Of a stretch of 64,000 nucleotides of DNA, positions 37,679-50,825 are shown piece after piece (within the stretch, counting starts at the first letter, position 1; each line of letters starts with the position of its first letter). The DNA is from Neoechinorhynchus agilis (taxonomy: Eukaryota; Animalia; Acanthocephala). The translations under genes and the position numbers were made by a program. The DNA lies in contig CM121341.1 of the NCBI GenBank assembly GCA_051530055.1, forward strand, positions 17,772,784 to 17,836,783. The letters are read 5' to 3'. Below the pieces are notes generated by a model. That model was given only the letters and a program-made list of their open reading frames with translations. It was not told the origin of the DNA and did no database searches.

Positions 37679-39349
37679 ATGGGAGCGATTTTACAACTCA
37701 TCTATGCAATCATTCTGTATCGGCCATTAGCATTAAGCAAAGTCTTGGAAAAGTTGCCAAAGGCGCCTAATAACGAATAAAACGTAACTTAATTTTAAGA
37801 CGATTCCTCCAAAATTCTCGAAATTTCATACTCGTTTAGCTCAGAAGGGACAAGATTTCAAATCTTCAAACGCGTAAGTGGTAGATGATTCAGCAAGCCG
37901 TTGTGCGCATGCAAAATCATAAAATAATTTTAGAGTATCTTTAAAATGCTAATAAATAACATAATTACCGCTTACATTCTATCCGAATTCGACTTTATAA
38001 AAATAAGGCCATGGTTTCGACGTTTCAATGATAACAAATGGCCAGAAAGTTGGCATCTCCATCGATCCGGATTTAGCATTGAACGAACTTGGAAGCTCGG
38101 TTACACTGGGAAAAATGTGGTAATTGGCGTTGTGGACGAAGGGATCGAAATAGATCATCCGGAATTGAAAGACAGCATTTTAACATTGATTCCCTATCCC
38201 ACTTTATACAGCAAACATGGCTCTGCATGCGCTGGCATAATCGCTGCAAAACCGAATAATATGTTTTGTACTGTTGGAATCGCTTACAATTCGCGATTGG
38301 TTGATTTTAATATCAATGCCAAGCATAGGGGCAGCACTTCTAATGGCATCGTTACAGCGGGACCGGATGGAACCTGCAATACTAATTTTTTTGGTTCTTC
38401 GGTGGCTGTTCCAATGATTCAATTTCACCTAGCGATATTCACTCAGAAAATTGATTTATATTGAAAATTTTCGGCCTTTTCGTTGGCCTTCTTCAGTCAG
38501 ATCTACATCAGTGTTTTACACTTAGTGTAAAACTTACTGACATTCTAGATCTGACTGAAGAAGGCCAACGAAAAGGCCGAAAATTTTCAATATAAATCAA
38601 TTTTCTGAGTGAATATCGCTAGGTGAAATTGAAACAATAATGATTAATTTCTTTACAATGTTCCAATGATTGCGGCGATCATCGCACTGGGTTTAGAGGC
38701 AAATCGGAATTTAACGTATCGACAGATTCAAGCTCGGATTGTTGTGTCATCGAGGAAACCTTCAGAGGAAAAATACCAAGCTCAAAAATACGCTTAGTGG
38801 AAAAATGGGGCTGGATTGTGGGTTAGCGATTTGTTTGGATATGGAGTTTTAAATCCTGAATTATTTGTACGCAACGCTATATATTTACGCAACAAAACTT
38901 CGCCAGAATTGCATTTATGCAACGTTCCAATCAACCATTCCGATTTCGAAACCGTAGGACCGAATACTTTCAAAAAGTCTAGAATTTGTACACGAGCATG
39001 CGAAGAAACAAATTCCGCTGTAGTCAAATTGGAACACTTAGTTTTAGAAGTGAGTATCGTGCCAATGAGTTCGCGGCCGAGTCGAAGAGGAAAGTTGGCA
39101 ATTGAAATCAAATCCCCTCAACAACGCCCGATTTGGATTCTTGGATCCCGTTTAAATGATGACGATAGAAGCCAAGGATTTCGGAATCAGTCATTTACTT
39201 CAGTACTTCATTGGTTCGAAGATCCACGAGGGTGTTGGGATATTTCTATCGTTAATTTGGATTCGAATGGCTGGTTTGTGATACAAAGAATCAGCTTAAA
39301 GTTTTTCGGAGTAAACAATTTAGCTTCAGAATACTTTCAATTGATCTAA
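37679..39349 (+). pseudogene. Convertase copy 2, inactivated
   Basis: 534-bp deletion at 38333/38334 removes GNGG; fold-back insertion 38420-38658; TGG>TAG at 38795-38797; signal-peptide-like MGAILQLIYAIILYRPLALS at 37679. Confidence 0.88.
38420..38631. mobile_element. Fold-back element with 86-bp perfect inverted arms, each with a hammerhead motif
   Basis: Arms 38420-38505 and 38546-38631; tga-CTGAAGA-A-GGCC-aacgaaaa-GGCC-GAAAATTT-tca; 13-bp direct repeat tgttccaatgatt at 38407-38419 and 38659-38671. Confidence 0.88.
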
Positions 39350-39509
39350 ATACTCTTGTGAGCGATCGTCCGAGGAACTTGCACTACTTCGAAATTTTCT
39401 AATAATTAATTATAATTTAGCTTGTTCATGATTTATTCGTTATAATCCCTGCTATGTTCATACGTCTAAATGACAACAAAGACGCTATAAAATTACTTTC
39501 GAAAATGTC

Positions 39510-40263
39510 ATGAATATGCCACTAGTTTTACATTCTTTTCATAGCGCTGATATGAGTAATAAAAAGTATAAATCGGTTTGCTGTGCATTAAAACGTAAAA
39601 GTTTTGTAATGCACAAGTCCGCTCGCAAGGTTCTCAAGCATTTAAATAGATTTTTGAAGGATGCGGTACTCGTGGTCACTTACAACCATTCCGCGTACCA
39701 CAAAAAAGAGATTACAGCAAAGCAGTTGCTTTACCGATGTTGCTCGAACACCGAAGATGAACACGAAGCGAGATTAGATGAGCTGTTAGAAGAACTCAAT
39801 CTTCGGCAAATTAAAGTTCGTGCGGATGGTAACTGCTTCTTCAGTTCAGTTTGCGAAGCTTTGCGAGCGAAAGGCCTTGTTGAACGCGATATAACTCATT
39901 TCGATATCCGATTAAAATGTATTAAAGAGTGGCGCGATCATCTAAAGCTGCGAATCTGAAAGCGTCCTGTCTCTTAGATTTGCAACAGTCGATCAATATA
40001 CGCCATTTGTTGAAAATCTTGAAATAGATATCGATAACTTCAAGAAGGATAGATACTTTAACACAGATCTTGGGGATCTTCTGCCTCTGACAGTTGCAAA
40101 CGCCTACAATATAAACATTGTGATTATTAGCTCGAACCCAAAATTTAAACAACCACTTTGTGTCAGTCCGAACGATCCAATGGGTAATCAGTTGGAATCA
40201 ATATATCTCACTTTTATCGCGATGGGTTGTGGCCATTATGATTACGCTGTACCCAAAGATTGA
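39510..40263 (+). CDS. OTU-domain protease (copy 2), 2 exons
   Basis: Same as copy 1; both exons are open; insert at ~39943/39946-39988. Confidence 0.85.
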
Positions 40264-40459
40264 CAAAGTTTGAAAGAGACTAAATAAAGAAGGGACGTAT
40301 GAAATATCCGCTGAAGCTGCTATTTCAGTCAATTGGGCAGCGCTAAAATATGGAAATCAACTTTATAGACGCTTTGTTTAGTGTAAAATCGTCGGGCAAC
40401 ATTTGACTCTTTATTACAAAATTCAGTTTTCCGAAGTAATACATTGAACGCCCAATTAA

Positions 40460-41335
40460 ATGTTCAATTTTTATCGTGTTTGTTCAAAAAAAGCTTTTCC
40501 TTGCATTAACCGTAAAATCGGACTTATCTTCTTTACAACAATATGTTATGTATTCACCATGGCAACCATTTCATTAATCTTTACACGCTGTGAATTTTCG
40601 ATGAATACTGATTCTCGTGATGAACATTTCCGCACAGTGAGTGATTCTTATGGAAGATGGTTCGTCGCGACTAAAGGACCAGGACTCTTTCCTGTGGACA
40701 ACTCATGTTGCCTCGGTCATGTCGCCTGGCGGGCACCGTGCCCTCTTCTGCCAATCAAAAAGGAGTGCCGTGTGACTAAATGCACTTTGGACGATTGCGG
40801 AAATTGCGAGGGGAGATATCGGATTGTGGAATGCTGCGGCGAAGGGACTGTGCATCCACGGAGATCCGTTCAATGTTGTATTGAGACGGGAAACACGAAG
40901 AGAAACCAGGATTGTCGTGAAAAGGAACGAAGGCCGAGAAGAGCTATGATCTGTTGCAGTCCAAAAAGCAAACCAAGGGAGACAGTGGACTGCTGCAACG
41001 AAGAAAACAAAACAAGAGTTTGTTGTAGCCAGAAAGGAGGACGAAGAGAAATGTTGCTGAACGGCGATGGAGAACGACATGAACGAAAAACTTTGGTTTG
41101 TTGTAGTTGCCACGACAAACAAAGATCGCCGATATGCTGTAAGGCGGAAAGTGGACCGAGGAGAGCAGTGGTTTGCTGTAGTCAGGAAAGGAAGCCCATG
41201 GGCACCGCAGAATGTTGTGTTGAAACGAGAAGATCGCGAGGATCAGAATCGAGAGGTTACTCGAAAAAGCAGGACGAAGGATGTTGTTCTGTTCATATGA
41301 GGACACCAAAATGTTCTCATTCGAACTTTTATTGA
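40460..41335 (+). CDS. Cys-Cys repeat protein (copy 2)
   Basis: Intact 291-aa ORF; APCPLL here vs APCHLL in copy 1. Confidence 0.75.
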   Translation: MFNFYRVCSKKAFPCINRKIGLIFFTTICYVFTMATISLIFTRCEFSMNTDSRDEHFRTVSDSYGRWFVATKGPGLFPVDNSCCLGHVAWRAPCPLLPIKKECRVTKCTLDDCGNCEGRYRIVECCGEGTVHPRRSVQCCIETGNTKRNQDCREKERRPRRAMICCSPKSKPRETVDCCNEENKTRVCCSQKGGRREMLLNGDGERHERKTLVCCSCHDKQRSPICCKAESGPRRAVVCCSQERKPMGTAECCVETRRSRGSESRGYSKKQDEGCCSVHMRTPKCSHSNFY

Positions 41336-42532
41336 TTTCGAGTAGTAGTATTCTCGCTGAGATTTATAATTGAACCCATTATAGAATAAAAAATTTTGAA
41401 AGAAATATCACAACTGACCACGGGACACGGTTACGGCCATAGATACGAAACGTCATCAAATGAACTTACTTTGAATTTGTGTTTGTGGCGCTTAGCATTT
41501 TCACCACCGTATCCATGTATTCGTTGGCCTATTTATCCCTGAACGAATTCATAGCAACTGGTGGGACATTTGCAAACTTATAAATTTGTCGTCCGAATAT
41601 ACTACTTTTCTTTGAATTCTAAAACTAACGTCACTTGTGACGAAAACAACTACTCATTCTTTCTTGTCTTGAGACAGATCTCTAATGATTTGGGACACGA
41701 AAGCACTCATTGAATATAATTGGAAACGCATGGTGATTGATTTACTTTGATTTTGCTTTGCTGCCACTTAGTCATTGCGATTATAGCGATATTGTCGTCT
41801 TTCAGTGCATTTCATATAGGTCTTTAAGGGTAGAAATTGTCTCGATGTTCCGAAGTTTCAATCTGGAATAATGCCTTGTTTGAACTCACACAAAGATCCT
41901 AAGCATTGCAATTGTCTTTATTATGGAGATCAGCAATTTTAAATAATGGTAGAGCCAACTTCGAAAAAAAACATTTAATGTATTCTACATGCTGATTTTA
42001 CCAATCTTTATTTTGCTAACAAGCAACCTTGATAAATGCATAAGATTGTGTCTACGAAAAATCGGATTTAGTAAAATTCCTTCAATTTTCTGGTTCAAAA
42101 ACAAACATAAATAATTTAATCTTCAATCATTTTTATGATAATTTTTTGGTTCGTTTCTAAGCCGGAAAGTTTCTGGTTGAACTTAAAGATCAGTTAATTT
42201 ATCCTGTAACGATCACTACTGAAAATAATCGATATAAAATCCTTCTGGCTAATCAAATTAGAATTGCTGTGAGCGTACTTCTGGACATATCGCCTCGTCA
42301 CTCATTGTTAGTTCACCACAACTAAGACTTTTACGCCTAAAATCTAATAATGTTACGATCGTAAAATTTCTTCTTAAAAAATCACGAATATTCGGTGTGG
42401 CATCACGGTTGGGAGGTTTTAATTGATTAAATGTCGTCTCTACCATTCATCATGACCTTTATTCCGATAATTTAAACTCAACTTGCTTTATGTGATCTTT
42501 GTGCCAAAACATATCTAGATTTTTGGTAATAG

Positions 42533-45530
42533 ATGGAACTGTATAGAAAGAGCAAGCGCCCAACGATAAAAGAAACGGATCCCCAAAGTTACGACGGGAC
42601 TTGGCTTGGAGTTTCTCCTACGGTCAGAATCAAACATTATAGCGCTGCAAAGCGAACAATGCAAATGAAACAATGTGTCGTGGACACTGAATATAACTTA
42701 TCTCCACAACTTGGAAGTAAGAGCATATAATTCCATTTGTAACAGTTTATTGTTTTTTTAACAGGGAACGTTCGGTCCGTTGGAACCATTACAAGTAACG
42801 GTGCGTCGTACATATTGTCAGGATTTGCAGGAGATTATAGGTACAATATCTATTTACGCGCGGACAAATACTACACATCATCTCCTTGGGGCACCTTCAA
42901 CAACACAGTTCTGTCCATTCGATATTTTTGTCTGACAGGTCGTTTAGAGACGGCGCAATCGATCCTTCCGAGAATGTTAGTGCGCATGCATGAAGAAAAG
43001 GAGGCCTGTCGAACATTCTTCAGAGTTGCTGCTCTAATCGAACTTTACCGGGATATTCCAATACTTGGAAGTATAGTACATAAAATCGCGTTAGTATCCC
43101 TTTTGGGGATTCATAAAGTATAACATACTTAGGAGTCATAGAGAATTGTCGTCGGAGCGAATTTAATCGTTTTTTGACGACTAGTTACCCCCGGATAAGT
43201 TTGCATTGACATTATTATTATTAGAAATATTTCGTGAACGTTGTGTTCACCTCTTCAGTCTTGTCTAAAAATACACACACTGAGCGTTAGGCCTTTTAGC
43301 TCGACCCTGGCATTGCCCATCTTGATAGATAAACAAAAAAAAACAAAAATCAATATCCAAACGTAGGGAGTACGCACGAAACCAACGACCCGCGGATCCG
43401 AGCTAAAAGGCCTAACACTCAGTGTGTGTATTTTTTAGACAAGACTGAAGAGGTGAACACAACGTTCACGAAATATTTCTAATAATAATTATGTCAATGC
43501 AAACTTATCCGGGGGTAACTAGTCGCCAAAAAACCATACTTAGAAGTATTGGTTATTATTGATTAGAATTTAAAATAACTAGGAATTTCAAAAATAACTT
43601 GTTGTTTGTATCGACAAATGTTGGATATGAAGAATCGTGAAAACTAAAATTACATCTTGATTGCGAAATGTACCTTAGATTCGCGATTCTCACGCGATTG
43701 GTTCAGTTTTTTCGTTATTTTAATTTTTACGTTTAGAATCTCTGACGCCACAGCCTTACATCAAACCTTAGTGCACTTGAGTGTATATTTTGCCATGGAA
43801 CTCGTTAAAGCATTTGAATGTGGTTCGAAAAGAGAAGCCGTTGCCGAAGTTCATTCTATTATTAACAATCCGGTATTCTTTTTTTGCCTAATCATAACGT
43901 AAGTTTGAATTAAGCTCGTTGATAAAATCTCTCAATTACAAAATGGAACACTAGCATTGGCCGAACCTGAAGGATTCGTTTTTCTTGCTTATGCGATGAT
44001 ATTCGCATTCTACTCTTTGCTAGGAATTCTGGAGGATAAATTTGGGATCACCGAAATAGGACAAATCCTCGACGAAAACGTTCTTGCTGAATTGGATGTC
44101 AATGTTTGCTTTTCCAAAATTGAACTCTTGTTCAATAAGATTACTACTCATGCGCATCGACCAGGCCCCATAGATTCATTTATAATAATTTATTGCGAAG
44201 TGATGTGGATGCAAGGGAAAACTGAGAAGGTGGAAGAGACGCTTGGTGTTGGAACCGGTAATCAGTGGTATTTTTAGGCAAAAGAACGAATCGACTCTAT
44301 TTTTGATCTTTAAGTTGAAAGATGTGGCACTTGTTTTGCGAGGCGACCTACAATCTATTTTCCTTCATCATTGTTCGCAATTATGCTTAAATACAATCTA
44401 AAATTCCTTTTAAATAACATCATAATTACAAAAGACAATGGTTGGTACCCCTTATAACGATTTAGTGCCGAAAACCCGAAAAAATCGAAAAGACCAGCTT
44501 AGATAAACAGTTTTTAACTGTTTCCTATATTCAAAATCTTAAAATATGAGCTGACATTGTTTTTTGTATCTAAGATTCCGATTTTCCGATTTAAGGATAA
44601 GCGATATACTTTGCGCTGTCTGAAATCAATCTAATTCGACTTTGAAGATTATATTACTTTTCACTGGTGGACCGAAATATATTCGAAGGTTTCTTTTGTT
44701 TGGCTTGGCACTGATTGCAATCAAAATTCTACAATTTATCAAACTTTGAGTTTTTTATGGGTGCTATTAAAGTCACGTTTAAGAGGTAGGGACGAATTGA
44801 GATTATCGTAAAAAATGAATTGATCAATTTTTCAACCCCTTGAAATCGATCGGCGATATAAGGAACTTAATATTCGCATTCGAGTCCTTACCGTTGCAGC
44901 ATTACCGATTCTGACCATAAACAATATCGATCAGAAGCTAATCAACATTTGAATGCTCATAAGCTATATCTTGATCACAAATTGAGAATAAAAGAGGAGC
45001 CTGAGGTCGATAACGTGATCGATATATACGAGGTACCTTCTACAAAGTTACATTTGATTTAACAATAATCCTACTTATAGGATATTTTAAATTTGAATCC
45101 ATACGATCATGTCCTTGTGGGCTACCATCACCGAGTTTTATTTAAGCATCCGCCAGACCAGTGCCGTATGTCCAAATTGACTAAATACGTTTTGGAAGTG
45201 ATTGATTGTGCCTGTACAAAGAATTCACCAGACAACTGGAGAATGTTGATGGAATTGATTCTTAAAGCTTACGTGGATCCCATTAGATACTCTCAAGTGT
45301 TTGATCAACTAAGAGTTTTCAGATCCGAAGTTTTGTCATATTGGCAATGGTATCATTTGCCACGATCTAACGATAGCAGCCAGCTTACGGAATGTAAATA
45401 TTTCATCGATGTTTGCATTTTCGGAGATCATGATGGGATGAAGACTCAATTGTGGACGTCACAGTTTAAAATCGAATCTGATTTGTTAGACATTGCACGA
45501 AATGTGTTTGCGATCATTATGCGCGAGTGA
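42533..45530 (+). CDS. Unknown multi-exon helical protein (5 exons inferred)
   Basis: ORFs join in frame through GT-AG introns 42716-42774, 43873-43914 and ~44230-45080, plus a non-canonical junction at 43117-43736. Confidence 0.6.
43169..43534. mobile_element. Fold-back element with ~125-bp inverted arms, each with a hammerhead motif (intronic)
   Basis: aga-CTGAAGA-G-GTGAAC-acaac-GTTCAC-GAAATATT-tct at 43442-43480, mirrored at 43223-43261; 9-bp direct repeat catacttag at 43124-43132 and 43535-43543. Confidence 0.88.
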
Positions 45531-45936
45531 ATATAGGATCATTGATCTCACATGATTTGGCAGCCGTTTCGAAAATAATCATCTTAAGCTCACAAACTTT
45601 TCGCTTGTGCCTCTACTGTCCAAATTTGTTTTTCGTTTGGTAATCGATTGTGAAGTTATTTAAAACATGGCATTTCAAAATCTTTTTCGGGGTTGAGCTT
45701 AGTTTTGGGCAATTTGTGTTATTTAGGAAGATCTCTTGTTTCGATGTACGCCAAGTATTTTGGGTTTCATACCTAAATACCTTACCTAATATGCAAGCTA
45801 CTTATCAGCTGAGATATTGATTGGCGCTTTTAATAAAAGCATTTGATGACTTACCAAATAAACGTACAAGGATACCAACTTAAGCTATTTTGCACATTTT
45901 ATGTGGTAAAAGACACTTTTGCACTTCCATTTCAGC

Positions 45937-46641
45937 ATGCTTCAGATGCGATCACTGTCGAACCATCTCACAAAACTTAGACTGGCATGTGCCCGATGTT
46001 CACTGAATAATATGGAGTTCAGTTTGGCCGCAACTGCATTCCATCGAATCAGAAACCGGAATATTTGGCCGGAGGAAGCACTGAGTTCGCTGACTTGCGT
46101 TTGTCTTCTTCTCATCATCAAGATCTGTGGTCATCCCTTGTCTCTTAAAGATGCACTGAACGTTACAATGTTTACTTACAGACATGAAGTTCCTAATCGC
46201 GATCTTCCCAGGAGTTTGAGACAAACAGAGCGATCGATTGGTCAAATCAAACAATGCGTCCAAACGGCAGAGCACCTCGCACTCCGACTCCTTTCCTTCG
46301 AAGTCCCTTCACCACTAACCACAAACACGGCACACAAATTCGGACTTCATGTAGCCTGCTCTCTGGCTCAACATGAACCTTATCGTCTCAATTGGACAGA
46401 TTTTATTCCTGTTCTGAATACATTCCTAACTGATCTGTACCATGACGATCTGCTCGTATTGAACTATTCAGCAGAAGACCTAGGTTTAGTCGGTCTATAT
46501 GTCTGCCTGATAGGAACTGGGATCGATGTAAAAAGCAACCAAATCTCAATGGAGTCGTATAAACTATCTATAATGAAAAATAAAGAAGATCGTGAAATCG
46601 TTAATGGAATTATCGATCGAATGAATGCACTATTTGAATAA
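45937..46641 (+). CDS. Transcriptional-type cyclin (cyclin Q/FAM58-, L- or K-like)
   Basis: Cyclin box: SLAATAFHR...LTCVCLLLIIKICGHPLSLKDALNV...AEHLALRLLSFE; ATG directly after TTTCAG. Confidence 0.75.
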   Translation: MLQMRSLSNHLTKLRLACARCSLNNMEFSLAATAFHRIRNRNIWPEEALSSLTCVCLLLIIKICGHPLSLKDALNVTMFTYRHEVPNRDLPRSLRQTERSIGQIKQCVQTAEHLALRLLSFEVPSPLTTNTAHKFGLHVACSLAQHEPYRLNWTDFIPVLNTFLTDLYHDDLLVLNYSAEDLGLVGLYVCLIGTGIDVKSNQISMESYKLSIMKNKEDREIVNGIIDRMNALFE

Positions 46642-46643
46642 AA

Positions 46644-46934
46644 CTACCTATACAAATCTTCAAGTACAAAATTATGCTCCTTTTGAAGAAAAGTCATTCG
46701 ATTGAAGATGAGCGGATGTAAGAAAATTATGGCAAGATTAAATAGCTCAAGGCAAAAACGCCACAGTTTACCTTTACCACGCGAGTCAATTTTCGAACGC
46801 AGTACAGATGGAGTGATATACATTATCCCACTTCTTCCATTCATCACTTCAGCAAATCTACATTGTGCATCAACTCTATCATTTTCTTCATAACGAATAT
46901 CAATCATTCGTCGAGACAAAATAGATTGATCCAA
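46644..46934 (-). CDS. Possible small unknown protein, tail-to-tail with the cyclin
   Basis: 96-aa ORF with a TTG start and no motif; a gtaag donor at ~46965 hints at an upstream exon. Confidence 0.3.
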   Translation of the reverse strand: MDQSILSRRMIDIRYEENDRVDAQCRFAEVMNGRSGIMYITPSVLRSKIDSRGKGKLWRFCLELFNLAIIFLHPLIFNRMTFLQKEHNFVLEDLYR

Positions 46935-47237
46935 AATAATTCGTTCACTGCTTCCGAGGTAATCTTACCGCTCCGTGTGAGATGAAACGATGGTTTTTGG
47001 CGAGAAATGACGGGTTTCTTGCAGGATTTTAGACGTTAAACATTTTACGTTTTAGGTAGATTTCGAAATGGACTTTAAAGCATTTTGCAACCAAAGAATA
47101 ACATCAACTGTAGGATTTAGGGTAATAGTTGGAATCCGTGGTAAAACACTATTTTGTCAAAATTATTCATTAGTTTTGTCTCCAAGAGTTTTTGCATTTA
47201 AAATTCATATTTGCCTGCCAAAAGCGTTAAAACTAGA

Positions 47238-48223
47238 TTATTTCTTCGTTCGGGAACCGCGCGCAGAAAAAAACTGGTTTAGATTATCCCTCAGCTCCTC
47301 TGAAACTGCCTTATATTCGCCCGTTAAACTGTCCATAACCCGCATGCTATTGATAATGTCTAAAGTTTTGGTAAGATATATCGATTCGATTGCGCCTCTC
47401 GTCTTATTTTCCATTTCCTCAACAAGTTTCCCAAGATTACAGATGTGACTTGCGAATCCAGTAGCTAAAGGAGCATCCATCTCGTTTTGTTCCATCAAGC
47501 TACCTCCCAACTTAGTTTGTCCATTTGCTGTACTTTCCAACCATAACAGAGTACTTGAGGTCAGTTTGTATTGAGCTCGATGACCACTTCCACTGATGGG
47601 ACTCAATCTGCTTCCTGCAGTTCGTTCTTGGACCTCAACGACATGAATGCTGTCCCAACAACCACGACAAATAGTCTCAGATCTGCTTGAAACGGTTTGA
47701 TTTTTAAACAAGACAGCAACCGCGAACCCTTCATCAAGATCCCACATATAGACTGATGAAAGCCCACTTGTGAGAACACCGTCGTCGTCTACTGGTGATA
47801 AACCGTAGTATTGATTCCAGTACTTTTCAAATACGCGAGTGTGGCCTTCATCGCTCAGGAACTCACAAAAGCACCACACCCGCTTACACCATTCGCAACT
47901 TTTTCCAGTGCCCTCAATCGTTCACTCGGGTACGCGTTCGAGTTCGCTTGTCGTAGTGGTGGATAGTATTCGTTTGTCCACGGAGAACGATAAGAGTCGC
48001 CTTCCCGGTTGTACTCACAAGCTAAAAAGTCCTTTCCAGCCTTAGAATCAGTGCGGATTTTAAGAGGCTGGTCAATTGAACCAAGAAGTTGGTCCATCAA
48101 ATCAGGCGCTAAAGCAATGAGGTCATCCAAGTTCTCGTCCATGTTAAAAGGAGGAAGACGGCGACTCAAGTCGAGTGCTGCTCGAACACGGTCGTCCGTT
48201 GTTTGTTGACTAGAATCAACCAT
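47238..48223 (-). CDS. CAPZB: F-actin capping protein beta subunit, 2 exons
   Basis: ALDLSRRLPP, DQPLKI, DFLACEYNREGDSYRSPWTN, SSVYMWDL, WDSIHV, HICNLGKLVEEME; 53-nt insert at ~47834-47886. Confidence 0.95.
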
Positions 48224-48587
48224 TCTGAAATTGACGTCAAAGTGCGATAAACTCGAATTTTTCTCTTGCAATTTATTTGCTGATAGCGCATCAAAACGAG
48301 AAAAAAAATGAAGGCTTACGCGTTCATATGGAATCGATGTAAGAAATACGAAAGAATCGCTCTTTGTTTATACATAAAACGAGCATATTTCGTCATAAAT
48401 GACGTCATGCGTTCGTACGCTCACGGCTGAGGTCACTGATTTTGGTTCATTTACAACGAATAGTGTGTTTTGAAAGACGTCGGTCACAAGAATAAAAACA
48501 TTGATAAAAATATGATCAAAACAAAAATCAATGATTTTTCTTAATAAATCTAACCAGCTAGCACATACGGACTCAACAATGACGAGT

Positions 48588-49391
<804 letters not shown>

Positions 49392-49599
49392 TTAAAACCA
49401 AAAGTTAACTTTCAACGTCATTTAAAAATACGTTCTTCCGGTTTAAGTATAAAAAGAAAAGTTCGAATTTAAACTCAGTATTCTGTTTACGATGTTTTAT
49501 GTTCGATGGAAACTTAAATGGGACTTGACTTCCCTGCGACAAGACGATCATTTTGTCTAAATGGGTTGCAACCCTGCTGGTATCCTTAAAAATAAGCCA

Positions 49600-49780
49600 A
49601 AATATGATGAAGTGGTATATAAGGTCCACTACCAAACAGGGACTCAGTAAAATGATCTCACAGCACAGATGTTCGCATTTAGACGTTACGATGCTTCCTC
49701 AGCCGCATCAAATCATCCGGAGAATTGTGGACATCAAATTGATTTTGATTAAGCTAATGTGTGATAAGCATGCAACCTAA
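49600..49780 (+). mobile_element. Decayed GIY-YIG (Penelope-like) relic
   Basis: WYIRSTTKQGLSKMISQHR resembles YIG-T...L..R..QH. Confidence 0.4.
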
Positions 49781-50476
49781 ATTTACGAAGTCGATTGATA
49801 ATGAAAGCCATCGAATGCTCAGTAAAACCGATCGAAGGTAATAAAGCCAGTTTGAAATTGAAAAAGTGGGACCTTATCTGCGGGGATTTTTGGCGAACAC
49901 GTTACTCGATAATATCTAGTCTACAGGATAATGCTATAATGTTTGTGTTTTAGATGTGGCAAACCTTGAACAAATATAGGAAACAAATTATTGACCTCAA
50001 ATTCGGGGGGGGAAGTGCGTGTTCGAGAAAAACGAGTACAATTAAGTCTTCCCGTGTTGAATAATACGTTTGGGTGTGTGTGTAAGAGAACCAAACGATG
50101 ACAGTGAACACGTCAAATTGAAACGCTAAGCTACATCGAAAGGGAACAAAGCTTTGTAGAGCAGCGAGATCCGTTCCCAGTAGCACACGCGACGGAAAAA
50201 AGATCTTATGATAATAAGATCGTGTCTGACTCTTATATACACGGAGAAGCACCCTCTTTCTCTTAACTCCGTGAGTACTTTTAAACGTGGGAAAGAGATA
50301 GGATCGCTTATGCAAGAGACAAGAATAGACTATGCTTAACATTCATTTTAAATGTGCGCTTTTCCTTCTGAAATACTTTCGATACAAAAAATAATGGGTT
50401 TTTTGTTGTTCGTGTTCTATCCAGCAGTACTGAACAAAATTTCCTTTGTTGACTTAAAAACCGTTTAAATATTGTT

Positions 50477-50758
50477 GTGCTTCAGTCTGTTGTTATGGAT
50501 GATAAAACAGCAAAGCGGTTGGTCTTCTATTCAAATAAAATCATCGATGACATGCAAACACATAATTCCAATGCAAATAATGCACGGGAATTTGCTCATC
50601 TTGTCGAAGGTCTTACAATGCTTAAAGCAATAGAATATCCAAGCGATGAACATGAAGGAGTTAAGATGACAATCATGGAGCCACAGGCAGAACGTATACC
50701 AAAAAATAAAAAAAGTAAACCTGACAGCCCGATTTTCGGTTATATCGCAATTGGATGA
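50477..50758 (+). CDS. Possible small unknown protein
   Basis: 93-codon ORF of protein-like composition; no motif. Confidence 0.35.
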   Translation: MLQSVVMDDKTAKRLVFYSNKIIDDMQTHNSNANNAREFAHLVEGLTMLKAIEYPSDEHEGVKMTIMEPQAERIPKNKKSKPDSPIFGYIAIG

Positions 50759-50825
50759 CGTAAAACCTTTTTCCTTTAATTTTCATCATATTAAGATTTT
50801 AGAATTTTTTTTAAAGTTATTCGTT

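Larger units (their letters stand above)
33068..41571. repeat. Right arm of the inverted duplication (~8.5 kb)
   Basis: Relative to the left arm it has an extra 3508 bp (34298-37805), a ~250-bp fold-back insertion and a 534-bp deletion. Confidence 0.97.

Noticed and set aside
41411-41460. GGCC...GAAACGTC hammerhead-like half (mirror at 21395-21445)
   Set aside because: No CUGANGA core and no stem I or II pairing.
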